Shown: piece after piece, positions 53,080-64,000 of the stretch
Layout: the number at the start of each line of letters is the position of its first letter
Position numbering within the stretch: the stretch's first letter is position 1
DNA from: Eledone cirrhosa
Lineage: Eukaryota
NCBI GenBank assembly: GCA_964016885.1
Contig: OZ024762.1
Span: 3,596,001-3,660,000, forward strand
Direction: 5' to 3'
Length of the DNA stretch: 64,000 nucleotides
The notes under the pieces: model-generated
What the model saw: only the letters and a program-made list of their open reading frames with translations
Databases searched by the model: none
Told to the model about the DNA's origin: nothing
Program-made: the position numbers and the translations under genes

Positions 53080-56000
53080 TATGTGACCTATATACACTGG
53101 TCCCAGACACACACATATAGAAACACACACACACTTAGAAACCCTTCCTATTTAGCAGGAAATATGATACATATGACTTAATATTCAGTCACCAAATTCG
53201 AGCTAGATACAGTAATGCTGTATTCGATTCTTTGAAGTTACCTGTTATAATTTCATTCAACAACACCACTACCTATCTCTCTCTTCCATTTTCCTTCGCT
53301 GTCTCCTTCTCTCTCTATATATATCTCTCTCTTTCAAGCTACTCTCATAACCACTATGTCTTTCTTACTATTTATGAAAGTAGCCGGAAAACCTTGTATC
53401 TCAGTAACCCGTGCTCCGATTTACGCAAAACTTGTTTTATTCCATTTGTTTTCCCATTTCAAAGTATTTTCCCATTATCTGCCGTTTTGGCTGTATTACA
53501 TTACAGACAAGCACACAAACACAGAGTTTTAGTAGTATATAGATTGTTCAAAAGCACCCAGCCAACGCTGTAAGGTGGCCGTGTATCACAACAAAACGCA
53601 CCCAGTCCACACTGTATATGTGGTTGGCGTTAGGAAGGGCATCCAGTCATAGAAACCAAGCGAAAATCAGTTCTGTATGAGCAAGACACGGTCACCTGAC
53701 CCAACTTTCTTCTAATGGGACAACCCGTCTAATCCATGCTAGTGTGGAAAATGAACATTAAACGATGATGATTACCAGTCATTGGTGGATTGGCAGTATC
53801 GGTAGAGGGTCGGACGCCATGCTTTGCAAGCAAAGAGTTGTGACCCTTTATGATCTGAGTTCAAATCCCGTCGAGGTTAACTTTGCCTTTCATCCTTACG
53901 GGGTCGATAAAATAAAGTACCAGTAATGCACTGGGGTAATTGCTGGCCTTGTGCCAAAAGTAGAAACAATTATTAATTTATTGTTACTTGTTATTATTAT
54001 CAGAATGAGAAGAAATGAGGGAATGAAAAAAAATGCATCACCATGGTTACGTACATTCTAGCTACCTTTTCAAATTCCTGCCGAGAGATGGTAGAGAGGT
54101 AAGCCAAATCTCCACTGTCGATCCTCACCCCTTGAGCTTTATATCCAATGGCATGGAGGGCTAGAGCCACTGTCAGGAAGTTAGGTAAACCACTCCTGGA
54201 GGAAACAAAAACAAATAAACAATTAATGGCTTTTAATTTAGGCACAAGTCCAGCAATGTTTTGGGAGCAAAGGGGGGGGGGGTCGATTATTGTGGGGCTG
54301 TGTGGAGGAGGTGACGTCAGATGTGGACACTTGACCGGAGGCGGAGTGAGGAGTGAGGCGAGATGCGTTTCTGAGGCGGCGCCAGTAGGCTGCGTCCGTG
54401 TGTTTCCACGGTGACTTGGAGCAAGACGGACGCACCGGATTAAGCTGCAGCTTGGCGACTTGATTATAACGACGAAGATTGAGCGAACCAGCAGACTCGC
54501 GGTAACTGGAATAGCTTTCTCACCACATTTATATCGACCCCAGTGCATTACTGGTACTTTATTTTATCAGCCCTGTAAGGAATTTGACAGTAACAATAGC
54601 AGCAACAGCAACAAGAACAGTAACATCAACAACAGAAACGGTAATAACACCAACAACAGTAACAACAGTAACAACAACAATAACACCACCACCAACAGTA
54701 ACAACACCACCACCACCGACAGTAACAACCACAACACCACCACCTCCAATAGTAACACCACCACCACCACCACCACCACTATCAACAGTAACAACAACAC
54801 CAACAGTAACAACCACAACACCAACAACACCACCACCACCACCATCAACAGTAACAACAATACCAACACTAACAACCACAACAACACCAACAACAATCAA
54901 CAGTAACAACAACACCAACAGTAACAACAACACTAACAACCACAACAACAACAGTGAAACAGACCAAATGCAAAATGAATTAAGATGAAGAATTTTCTTA
55001 CTTGACAACATCGTATGTATCGATAAGTGCCAAGAATTGGTTGGGGAAGGAGATGGCATAGGAACAGAATGCTGCCAATTCTCCTTCATTTACTTGGTCT
55101 TTGAAGAAGCCTGGAAGGAAAATAAACAAAAAAAATAAACATAACACTGGCTTCAATTTCTGACATGTCTACGTCTAAAGCCTGACCCAAGCCCAGAGAC
55201 AGTCTCAAGTCTGACCCAAGCCCAGAGACAGTCTCAAGTCTGACCCAAGCTCAGAGACAGTCTCAAGCCTGACCCAAGCCCAGAGACAGTCTCAAGTCTG
55301 ACCCAAGCTCAGAGACAGTCTCAAGCCTGACCTAAGCCCAGAGACAGTCTAAAGCCTGACCCAAGCCCAGAGACAGTCTCAAGCCTGACCCAAGCCCAGA
55401 GACAGTCTCAAGCCTGACCCAAGCCCAGAGACAGTCTCAAGTCTGACCCAAGCCCAGAGACAGTCTCAAGCCTGACCCAAGCCCAGAGACAGTCTCAAGT
55501 CTGACCCAAGCTCAGAGACAGTCTCAAGTCTGACCCAAGCTCAGAGACAGTCTCAAGCCTGACTCAAGCCCAGAGACAGTCTCCAGTCTGACCCAAGCCC
55601 AGAGACAGTCTCAAGTCTAACCCAAGCCCAGAGACAGTCTAAAGCCTGACCCAAGCCCAGAGACAGTTTCAAATCTGTCCCAAGCCCAGAGACAGTCTCA
55701 AGACTGTCCCAGACTCAGAGACAGTCTAATGCAGACGTCACCAACCAGTGGTCCATGCTTCAATGGTGGTCTGAGAGAAAATTTTGGTGGTCTGCAGAAA
55801 AATTTTAATGTTTTATCTTTTTAAAAAAATTCAATATTAGTGGTCCGCGGAATTTAAAATTATGAATTTTATGGTCCCTGACGTCCGAAAGGTTGGCGAA
55901 CGCTGTCCATGGGAACTTCTCTATGATGACGATCTGGTTCTTATAGCAAAATCAGTAGTGGAGCTAGAGAATAAATTCTGGCTATGGAAACAGCAGTTGG

Positions 56001-57167
56001 AATCAAGAGTACTGAGAGTGAACCTAGCTAAAACAAAAGTGTTCATGAGTAGAAAAGAGGACAAAACTCTGATTCCGTCAGGGAAATGGCCATGTTCGAT
56101 ATGCAGAAAAGGAACTGGCATAAATTCTATAAAATGCACACAATGCAAATCCTGGGTACACAAGAGATGTAGCGGGATAGCAGGCAAACTAACAGGTAGG
56201 GAGAAATACGTATGCAGTAGATGTACAGAGAAATTAGACAGTAGAAGTCGCATTGATAGACACATTTTTCAAATGCAGGCGGGTGCTATGGAAGTGGTGG
56301 ATAGCTTCCGGTACCTAGGAGATCAGATTAGCATGAGAGAGGGGGTGTTCCGAGGCCAGAGTATCTAGAATAAGGACGGGTTGGAAGAAGTTTAGGGAGC
56401 TGCTTTCTCTACTGACGAATAAGGGTTTCTCCCCGCATACGAAAGGCCAGTTATATGATGTCTGTGTGAGGAGCGCGATGCTGAATAAGACCCGTCTCAC
56501 CCTTGCAAGCAGGGAAAAGCAGACGTAAAATGATGATGATGATGATGAATATAAAGGAACCACACGGTCGAGGAATCAAATCCACGACATTATGATCTTA
56601 AGACCAACACCCTAACCACTAGGCTATGCACCTTCACAATACGCAGATAGATACATAGATATACAGATATTGAGTTAAAAACAGTCAGTCCACCCTGTAA
56701 GATGGTCAAGCTGGGAAAACAATAAAAAGCACCTAGTCCGCCCTGTAAGGTGGTCGTGCTGGTGCCACGATGAAAAAGCACCTAGTCCCCCCCCCCCCCC
56801 CCTGTAGGTGGTCATACTGGTGCCACAATGAAAAGACCCAGTCCCAAAACAACAAAAACACCCAGTAAATGGAAACATTTTGGATGGTAATCCTTCATCA
56901 GAAAAGGTAGAATGAGAAATAGAAAGATAAATGAGACTGATGAGAGAAAGCACATGTATGTTCAGTCAGCCATTTTAGGGAGAAACACAATAATAAATTC
57001 TCGTTTCTTTAATTACACTTACAATTTGCATGGTTAATTAATAAAACTACAATACCTAGTCGAGAACATAGACGAGACTGCCATTCCAAACACAGGCCAA
57101 GGAAATCAACTATTTCATTAGAATTGTTTTTCTTTAAATTCTGAAGTAAGAAAGAAAACAAATTATG

Positions 57168-57209
<42 letters not shown>

Positions 57210-57638
57210 GTTTCTACAATAGGCACAAGGCCAGCAATTTTGGGGGGGAAGGGAAAATCAATTAAATCAATCCCAGTGCATTACTGGTACTTTATTTTAC
57301 TGACCACCATAAGGATGAAAGGCAAAGCTAACCTCGGTGGCATTAGAACTCAGAAAGTAAAGGGACGCAACTCTATGCCATAAAGAATGGTGTCACAGCA
57401 CTCAACAACAACAACAAGAACTGTTTTAAAGCAAGATGATGCAAACACTTACTCTGCTTTTAATACTGCTGAGGTTGATAAAGGAATTTACAAAAGCATG
57501 AGCATGTGTCCCCTTCACAGGAATGTCAAAGAACTTCCCAGCCAACACATTACTGGTCCCATCAAAACCTGAAAGACAAATAACACAATACTGAAGTCTG
57601 TACAGATATTTATAACTCACACTGTATCGATACTCTAG

Positions 57639-57677
<39 letters not shown>

Positions 57678-60600
57678 CAAACAACAACACCAACAGCAAC
57701 AACAAAATATGACAACACCAACATCACTAACACCACCACCACCAACAACACTACTACCACCACCACCACCACTACCAACATAACCAACAACACCACCACC
57801 ACCAACACCACCACCACCAACAACAACACTACTACCACCACCACCACCATCAACACCACCAACACCAACATAACCAACAACACCACCACCAACAACAACA
57901 ACACTACTACCACCACCACCATCAACACCACCACCACCACCACCACCACCACCAACAACAACAACACTACTACCACCACCACCACCATCAACACCACCAA
58001 CACCAACATAACCAACAACACCACCACCAACAACAACAACACTACTACCACCACCACCATCAACACCACCACCACCACCACCACCACCACCAACATAACC
58101 AACAACACCACCACCAACACCACCACCAACATAACCAACAACACCACCACCAACAACACCACCACCACCACCACCACCACCACCAACAACACTACCACCA
58201 CCATCAACACCACCACTACCAACAACACCACCACCACCACCAACACCACCACCACCACCACCGACAACACCACCACCACCAACACCACCACCACCACTAC
58301 CAACAACAACACCACCACCATCAACACCACCACCATCAACACCACCACCACCATCAACACCACCACTACCAACAACAACAACACTAACACCAACATCACC
58401 ACCAACAACAACAACACTAACACCACTACCACCAACAACACCACTGACACCAACAACAACAACAACAATACTAAATGTAGTCAGTGGCAACATTACCTCC
58501 CATGTAGCAGTATCGAGATGCGGACATGCCTCCATCGGGGCCTTGAGCCCTTCTTAAGCCAAACTCAAACAACTTCATGTCAAAACCAGCAGCCAATCGG
58601 AATCGTACAGCATTGGTAGCTACCAGACTGGAAATATATATCATCATCATCATCATTATCATTTTTACGTCCACTTTTCCCTGCGTGCAAGGGTGGGACG
58701 GGAACTGATTCTGGCTTGATTTCTACAGCTGGATGCCCTTCCTAACACCAACCTCATTTACAGTGAGTGCTGGGTGCTTTTTTGCCGTGGCACCTACACG
58801 ACCACTTTACAGTGTGGGCTGGGTGCTTTTTTGCCGTGGCACCTACACGACCACTTTGCAGTGGAATGATAGGGACCCCAGTCCTATCATCTCATTTCTA
58901 CAGCTGAGTAAACTGGAGCAATGTGAAATAAAGTGTCTTGCTCAAGGAAACAACACATCACCCGGTCTGAGAAATGAACTTACAACCTTTCGATTGCAAG
59001 GCCAATGCTATATATATATATATTTTATTTAATTAGAAAGTGAACAACAATAAATATAACCATGTGCCTCCATAACAGTAAACACAAATAATCTTATATA
59101 TAATCATTGGAGAACTGAGAGACTGTGTCCAACTTATTTTAATAATGTGATGTAAAATAATAAACTGGATTACTTTGAATAAAATCATGAAAGAATATTA
59201 TGTAATTTATCGACTAAATTTCTTAGCACTTGATTAAACATAAATAATCTTATATATAATGTATTGATTAAACAAAAATAATCTTATATATAATGTATTG
59301 ATTAAACATAAATAATCTTATATATAATGTATTGCTTATTTCAAGATTCACTTGTTAAAACTTTCAAACGTCAACTTCCGTTATATCATAACACTTCGCC
59401 GTACACTATATCACATCATAATCAACACCGTTTTACGTCCGTTCTTCCATGCTAGCATGGGTTAGACGGGTTATCCTGTTGTGGGCAGTGTCTGGTCGGC
59501 TGACCATGCCTTGCTCATACAGGAACTGATTTTGGCTTGATTTCTACAGCTGGATTCCCTTCCTAATGGTGTTACAATGAGTGCTGGGTGCTTTCTTTCC
59601 ATGGCGCCTACTCTCCACTTTACAGTGTAGGCTGGGTGCTTTTTTGCCATGGCACCTCCACGACCATTTTGCAGTGGGAGGGTGTGGGGGCATATTGTCT
59701 ATATGCTTCAGCTTGTACCCATGGGAGGTCGGGTACTCTGTATTACTGTGTGACGCCAGAGGTCACGGTCGTGTGTTCATATATTTGCATCATTATATCA
59801 TAACATTTATATATCTGTCGCAGGGAGCAGTTTTTCTGCTAGTTCATATAAATAATCTCCTCCTCCACCTCCTCCTCTTCTTCTCTTCTCCCTTTCCTCC
59901 TACTCTCTCTTCTCCATCTACTTTTTCTAATATTTCTTCACTACTTTCTCCTCTCTTTTCTTCACCTCCTCTTCTCCTCTTTCTCCTCCTACACTTACTT
60001 CTTAACCTTCTTCACCCACTTATTCCTCGGAGGGTCACGGAGGTAGAGTCCTCAAACACGCCATCTAGTGGGTCTTGTCAGAAGCAACAAGTTGATCTGA
60101 CTGGATATCCAAGCGAGATAAACCAAGCGTATGGACATTATCCAACTATGATTATGCCCCCCCCCCCCCCCCTTGTCTTGCCCTTCTCCCTTCTCAGTAA
60201 CCCTTTACATTTTAGTGGCTTTATTGCCTTCTTTGGGGGTGAGTAAATAAAAACAAAAGAAAAAAGGGATATTAAAGGTTCTTACCTGGCACAGTTAACC
60301 AAATTTAAGAAACATATCTCCAGTACCTGGACAATTGGTAACGATCCTTCGTCTACTATAAGTGGATAATAAAGGTTCTTACCTGGCATAGTTAACCAAA
60401 TTTAAGAAACATGTCTCCAGTAACTGGACAATTGGTAACGGTCCTTCGACTACTATGAGTGGTACCTTCGGAAATACTACCGTGCCTTCGTCAATGGCCC
60501 AAAGCGTGACGCCGTTCACATCCATATTTTTAAGATACTCAAAGAATCCTGGGTCAGTTTCTTCTGGCAGGACAGTCTTCAAGTAATCAATATCTAAAAA

Positions 60601-62040
60601 TAATTAAATTAAAAAATAAAAATCAAACAAAAACATTAACAAAAAAAAAAAACTTGTTTTCACTCTTAAAGTGGTGGATACCTAAAATTGCTCAGTATGC
60701 AAATGAGGTTAATCAGCCGATGTATACATTTGAGAATATTATGTATTCTCATCAGTTCCAGTGGGTAGCAGAAACGAGCAGAAAACACCATCTTGACAAG
60801 GAGCAAGACACTCGGAAACAATTGTCAATTGTTTTCTCTCAGCTACCACTGGAATAAAAGGATGAAGTTGTTCATCTACCACGTGGTGTTTGTGAGTCTG
60901 TTTACTTGTAAACAAACCGATCACGAATACACAAAGATTAACCCTTTCATTACCATATTTCTAATGAAAGACACTGCCTATGTTTAACCCTTTCATTACC
61001 ATATGTCCAATGAAAGGCACTACCTATGTTTAACCCTTTCATTACCATATTTCCAATAAAAGACACTGCCTATGATTTTCAAATAATTTTGAAAACAATC
61101 AAGAATTTGGAGGGATTTAGTAATAAAATTAACTTCCTCATTACTAAGTTGAGCATAACTTAACAAAGTTTCTTACACAAAAGTTTTTAGATAACTATAA
61201 GCATTTTAAAATAAAAAGTTTTGTATCATAAAACTAGGGGCAATCTCAGGTGGTTTGGTATGAAAAGGTTTACTCCACAATCAGAATAATAACAGGGACA
61301 ACAACAAGTGACAACAACATAAACAATACCCACTACAACAACAACAATACTAACAATAGAACTACTAACAGCAATAACTTCAACAATGACAATATGATCT
61401 AAATCAATAATAACAACAGCAACGACAACAACAACACCAACGACAACAACAATAATGCCAACAATAACACTACAATCAGTGCTGACAATAACTAGAACAA
61501 CATCAACAACAATAACAATACCGACAACACTCACAATAACAACATCAACAACACTGACAACAACAACATCAACAACAGCGATAACAACATCAACAGCACC
61601 AACAACAACACTGACAACAACAACATCAACAACAGCGATAACAACAACATCAACAGCACCAACAACAACACTGACAACAACAACATCAACAACAGCGATA
61701 ACAACAACATCAACAGCACCAACAACAACATCAACAGCACCAACAACAACACTGACAACAACAACAACAACAGCGATAACAACAACAACAACAGCGATAA
61801 CAACAACATCAACAGCACCAACAACAACACTGACAACAACAATAATTCTGTGGTTTACCACGTACTTACCACTATCTGAGAAGTAGAATTTCTCCAGAAA
61901 TCTAACACACTCTTCGAGGCCAGCGAAAATGGTGAATTCTCCTTGGAATGGATTTTTACGAAAGTACAAATCAAAGCAGGCGACATCGTTCTTTTTGCCA
62001 CACAACCAGTAGGAGTAGGCCATAGTGATCTGGTAGAGGT
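29053..62040 (-). CDS. NAPRT: Nicotinate phosphoribosyltransferase, 14 coding exons in window, 5'-incomplete
   Basis: Hand-spliced exons 62040-61870, 60593-60383, 58627-58497, 57568-57453, 57140-57056, 55110-55002, 54195-54055, 52609-52525, 35858-35778, 35223-35121, 32705-32620, 31712-31641, 29628-29521, 29130-29053. All GT-AG, phases consistent, 1577 nt. Family motifs [55 protein letters not shown] and C-terminal [11 protein letters not shown]. Confidence 0.96.
29521..29628 (-). CDS. NAPRT: NAPRT exon m: [14 protein letters not shown]...[11 protein letters not shown]
   Basis: Acceptor ctaccag, donor AAG|gtaatg, 108 nt, phase 0-0. Confidence 0.94.
29655..29790. repeat. 21-bp minisatellite
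   Basis: Unit cagtgagtctacactccactt, about 6 copies, ending roughly 25 nt from the exon m acceptor. Confidence 0.9.
30215..30665 (+). mobile_element. RTE-like LINE 3' end; related pieces at 14865-15050 (-), 20915-21340 and 51300-51500
   Basis: [17 protein letters not shown]...EMGFLRRV...[13 protein letters not shown]; shared 3' end ctgacaggaccc...gactctgcccc. Confidence 0.8.
31641..31712 (-). CDS. NAPRT: NAPRT exon l: [24 protein letters not shown]
   Basis: Acceptor tatcaag, donor AAA|gtaagt, 72 nt, phase 0-0. Confidence 0.93.
32620..32705 (-). CDS. NAPRT: NAPRT exon k: (D)[28 protein letters not shown]
   Basis: Acceptor ttccacag, donor CAA|gtaagt, 86 nt, phase 1-0. Confidence 0.93.
32748..33832. 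repeat. 27-bp minisatellite grading into an 81-bp (3x27) higher-order repeat
   Basis: Unit gatatcacagggttatatctgtggggg to about 33400; 81-bp period from about 33450. Confidence 0.95.
33835..34300 (+). mobile_element. Degenerate second copy of the RLE-type retrotransposon endonuclease region
   Basis: [37 protein letters not shown]; stops and frameshifts. Confidence 0.8.
34787..35050 (-). mobile_element. Second tRNA-derived SINE family with a Meta-like domain
   Basis: tggcctagtgg A box, ggttcgattcc B box, ccctgcgatgaactggcgtcctgtccagg core; copies at 48035-48290 (-) and 45478-45625 (+, partial). Confidence 0.75.
35121..35223 (-). CDS. NAPRT: NAPRT exon j: [34 protein letters not shown]
   Basis: Acceptor tgtttag, donor G|gtaagt, 103 nt, phase 0-1. 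Confidence 0.95.
35778..35858 (-). CDS. NAPRT: NAPRT exon i: [27 protein letters not shown]
   Basis: Acceptor cttttag, donor AAG|gtaaga, 81 nt, phase 0-0. Confidence 0.95.
36198..36432. mobile_element. Foldback element with about 57-bp inverted ends carrying a hammerhead
   Basis: aagaaattaaaagatggttaagagagttcc...atttcaaaa mirrored by ttttgaaat...ggaactctcttaaccatctttttaatttctt; TATATA on both flanks. Confidence 0.7.
36231..36301 (-). ncRNA. Intronic type-I hammerhead motif, sense to NAPRT
   Basis: tattttat-CTGATGA-gaacgcaaatatcgtc(acag)gatgatatttgttttt-GAAA-tgtgca-TA-ataaaata: 8-bp stem I, about 16-bp stem II. Confidence 0.7.
40745..41110. repeat. 34-bp SINE-derived minisatellite with a 102-bp higher-order period
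   Basis: gactggtact recurs at 40759, 40861 and 40963. Confidence 0.9.
45670..45864. mobile_element. pogo/Tigger-like MITE
   Basis: TIRs taccgtatatactcgtatataagct and agcttatattcgagtatatacagta. Confidence 0.65.
50832..51277. repeat. 42-44-bp purine-rich minisatellite, about 10 copies
   Basis: Unit gagagttccataggtgagatgtgagagggatatatgagagaa. Confidence 0.9.
51745..52537. repeat. 30-bp minisatellite, homogeneous at 52160-52450 and degenerate leftwards
   Basis: Unit tgtatggtgaacatatcgttatatataag(c/t). Confidence 0.95.
52525..52609 (-). CDS. NAPRT: NAPRT exon h: [28 protein letters not shown]
   Basis: Acceptor tttccag, donor CAG|gtatgt, 85 nt, phase 2-0. Confidence 0.94.
53783..53974 (+). mobile_element. 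Full tRNA-derived SINE of the same family
   Basis: A and B boxes plus core; other copies near 9800-10305, 15400-15611, 16915-17092, 39615-39803, 41265-41410, 45048-45222, 57209-57400 and 62210-62428. Confidence 0.85.
54055..54195 (-). CDS. NAPRT: NAPRT exon g: [13 protein letters not shown]...[13 protein letters not shown]...KVAR(M)
   Basis: Acceptor cctccag, donor AT|gtacgt, 141 nt, phase 2-2. Confidence 0.93.
54291..54527. mobile_element. Solo LTR inserted in a SINE
   Basis: TGTGG...CCACA termini, 5-bp TSD attat/tttat, CpG-rich; splits the SINE motif gtcgattat|atcgacccc. Confidence 0.7.
55002..55110 (-). CDS. NAPRT: NAPRT exon f: [35 protein letters not shown](K)
   Basis: Acceptor cttccag, donor AA|gtaaga, 109 nt, phase 1-2. 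Confidence 0.95.
55175..55728. repeat. 29-bp minisatellite, about 19 copies
   Basis: Unit ctgacccaagcccagagacagtctcaag(c/t) with internal palindrome gagac-a-gtctc. Confidence 0.95.
55732..55905. mobile_element. hAT (Charlie-like) MITE
   Basis: Ends cagacgtcaccaacc and ggttggcgaacgctg; internal gtggtcc/gtggtct motifs. Confidence 0.55.
55902..56482 (+). mobile_element. RTE-clade LINE reverse-transcriptase C-terminal fragment with PHD-like Cys cluster
   Basis: [49 protein letters not shown]. Confidence 0.85.
57056..57140 (-). CDS. NAPRT: NAPRT exon e: [28 protein letters not shown](G)
   Basis: Absent from the ORF track; acceptor acttcag, donor G|gtattg, 85 nt; supplies exactly the phase 0-1 link needed between exons d and f. 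Confidence 0.88.
57453..57568 (-). CDS. NAPRT: NAPRT exon d: (G)[11 protein letters not shown]...[11 protein letters not shown]...KSR
   Basis: Acceptor ctttcag, donor A|gtaagt, 116 nt, phase 1-0; contains the conserved GTHAH histidine motif. Confidence 0.95.
58497..58627 (-). CDS. NAPRT: NAPRT exon c: [10 protein letters not shown]...[23 protein letters not shown]
   Basis: Acceptor tttccag, donor G|gtaatg, 131 nt, phase 2-1. Confidence 0.95.
60383..60593 (-). CDS. NAPRT: NAPRT exon b: (D)IDYLKTVLP...[13 protein letters not shown](S)
   Basis: Acceptor tttttag, donor AG|gtaaga, 211 nt, phase 1-2. Confidence 0.95.
60939..61271. mobile_element. Second TTAA-flanked piggyBac-like MITE family
   Basis: End ttaaccctttcattaccatatt; related copies at about 41741-42325, 43938-44538 and 46499-47440. 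Confidence 0.6.
61870..62040 (-). CDS. NAPRT: NAPRT exon a: (D)[11 protein letters not shown]...[10 protein letters not shown]
   Basis: Acceptor ttgtcag, donor G|gtaagt, 171 nt, phase 1-1. Confidence 0.95.
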
Positions 62041-63555
62041 CTGACAACAATAATAGGGAGAAAAATTAAACACTTTAACCTTCTGGAAGCTACAGGCACA
62101 TTATGTCACCAATAGAGTGATATCCCCTTAATACATAATACAGTGTCAAGGGAGCCAATTCATAACATTTCTAGAATGTTAAAGATTAAAACAACAAAAT
62201 CAATAATATTGGTTTCTGATTTAGGCACAAGGCCAGCAAATTTTTTTTTGGGGGGGGGGGGGGGGTAAATCGACTAAATTGACCCTAATGCATTACTGGT
62301 ACTTTATTTTATCGACCCCATAAGGATGAAAGGCAAAGCTTACCTCGGCAGGATATGAACTCAGAGCGTAAAGGGCCATAACTATGCTGCAAATCATGGT
62401 GTCTGATGCTCTACCAATACTGCCAATAAGACTCAATTTTCAAGGACATTACATCTTTGTGTCACAATAAAATGCACCCAGTACACTCTATAAAGTGGCT
62501 GGTGCCAAGAAGGGCACTCAGCCTTAGAAATCAAGCAAAATGGGTTGAGAAGACTTTCCAGACACTTTAATGGTATGACATGAAAACCTCATTAGCTCTG
62601 GTACCCCAATAAAATGCACCAAGTACACTTTGTAAAGTGGTTTGTATTGGGAAGGGTATCCAGCTGCAGAAACCTTGCAAAAAAAGGTTGAGAGGGTTCT
62701 TCAGTTATGTCAAGGACCTGGCAACTTTTTTAGTTTTAGGTGCGACAATAGATTGCAGCCTGTACACTCTGTAAAGGGCATCCAGCCATAGAACCCTATA
62801 AAAAAAATATTGAGATTTAGAGCATGGCACCCACACTGACCTGTCTAAAACAGTAGATTTGACTAAGAAATGACTTGGTCTGTAACAGCCAAACATCTCC
62901 CCCACCCCCACTAATCTATGTCAGCAGGAACTCCTGCCCCACCCCACAGGTATGATGTTGATGATGGTGTTGATTTGTGGTTTACAAACATTTGATAAAC
63001 TTAAGTACCAAAAGCTCCACTTGAAAATTATCTGAAGGTGAAGGTGACTTGAGGGTGTTTGTAGTAGAGGAGGTGGTGGTGGTGGCTGCGATGGTAGGTG
63101 GTTGTGGTGGTGATGGTGGTGGTGGTGATGGTGGTGGTGTTGGAGGTGGTGGTGGTAGTAGTGACGGAGGTAGGAGTAGTGGTGGTGGTGTAGTAGTGGT
63201 TGTGATGGTAATGGTGGTGTTGGGGGTAAGTGTAGTGATGGTGGTGGTGATGGAGGTAGCAGCAGTAGTGGTGATGGTGGTGGTGTTGGTAGGTGTAGTA
63301 GTGGTGTCACCACCACCACTACCATATAAACCACAATACATTCCTAACCACTTTAAGATAAAAGTAAACCTCATAAAAAGACAAAAGAAAACATAAAATT
63401 CCAATTAAAAGTAGGCCAATTAACAATTAGACATCTCAGGTAAATATGGAGCTCAGGTAAACATAGAACACAATACCATTATTTTCTACTAATTTAGCCC
63501 TTTACCATTTACATTATTCTATATATATACTACTGTATTTTCAGCAAACACTTTA

Positions 63556-64000
63556 TCTATATATCTAAAACAGAGAATGTCTGTCTGTCTGTCCCCCTAA
63601 AACTCGAGAACCTTTACAATAGTCGGGTGAGTGTTTTGAGCAAAAAATATTTCAAATTTTCAATGACCTAGGGACTGCATTAGGCGAAAAACTGCATATT
63701 TTAGGCTTTAAAGGCTTTTTTTTACGCATAACGGAACAATAATCCAGGCGATTTCTTCAAAATTTGCATTACTTATTTTGTTTAAAGTGTTTTGAGCAAA
63801 AAAAATTTACTCATTTTTTTTCCCCAGGGACTGCATTTGGTGAAAAACCAATTTTTTAAAGCATTTTGGTAGCGTTAGGGCCTGTAACTTGAGAAGTACC
63901 CAACCGATTTTTTTTAAACTTTGCATATGCATTACTTATGTTTCACAAATTTTCTTGACTGAAAAAGATTTCTAATTTTTGCCCAGGGACCGCATTGTTT
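63556..64000 (+). mobile_element. Helitron-like 5' end, running off the window
   Basis: tctatatatctaaaa...gtctgtctgtctgtcccctaa resembles the start at about 35285-35330; internal repeats gggactgcatt. Confidence 0.5.

Noticed and set aside
53783-53870. tRNA genes suggested by A and B boxes
   Set aside because: These are SINE heads followed by SINE core and tail; no complete cloverleaf.
61226-62050. 274-aa ORF read as a NAPRT N-terminus fused to a Val-rich membrane segment
   Set aside because: The Val-rich part follows a canonical G|gtaagt donor and is the intronic (GTT)n array.
62044-64000. NAPRT first coding exon or promoter, including the AG...GT segment near 63009-63031
   Set aside because: No peptide resembling the expected N-terminus leading into the DLYQ motif with a phase-1 donor; the region is SINE, microsatellite and Helitron-like sequence.

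Overview
Repeat-dense, AT-rich eukaryotic DNA. The SINE, RTE and microsatellite content suggests an octopod cephalopod; this is inference, not a database result. The only supportable host gene is nicotinate phosphoribosyltransferase (NAPRT) on the minus strand. I traced 14 GT-AG coding exons by hand from 62040 to the TAG stop at 29053, all phases compatible, giving 1577 nt (about 525 aa). The first coding exon was not found and probably lies beyond the right edge. The rest is microsatellites, minisatellites, tRNA-derived SINEs, RTE and RLE-type LINE fragments, piggyBac/hAT/Tc1-mariner-like MITEs, Helitron ends and one solo LTR. Almost all ORF-track entries are repeat artefacts. Main signals: (1) at least 8 type-I hammerhead ribozyme motifs at 25.7-28.3 kb just downstream of NAPRT, several inside long foldbacks inserted in (TA)n and resembling Penelope-like pLTRs, plus a well-formed sense-strand hammerhead inside a NAPRT intron; (2) tandem duplication or amplification of three NAPRT splice sites; (3) candidate in-frame cassette exons (36 nt and 78 nt) and an in-frame duplicated donor, all affecting the same protein junction; (4) GU-rich triplet arrays starting just after four splice donors.
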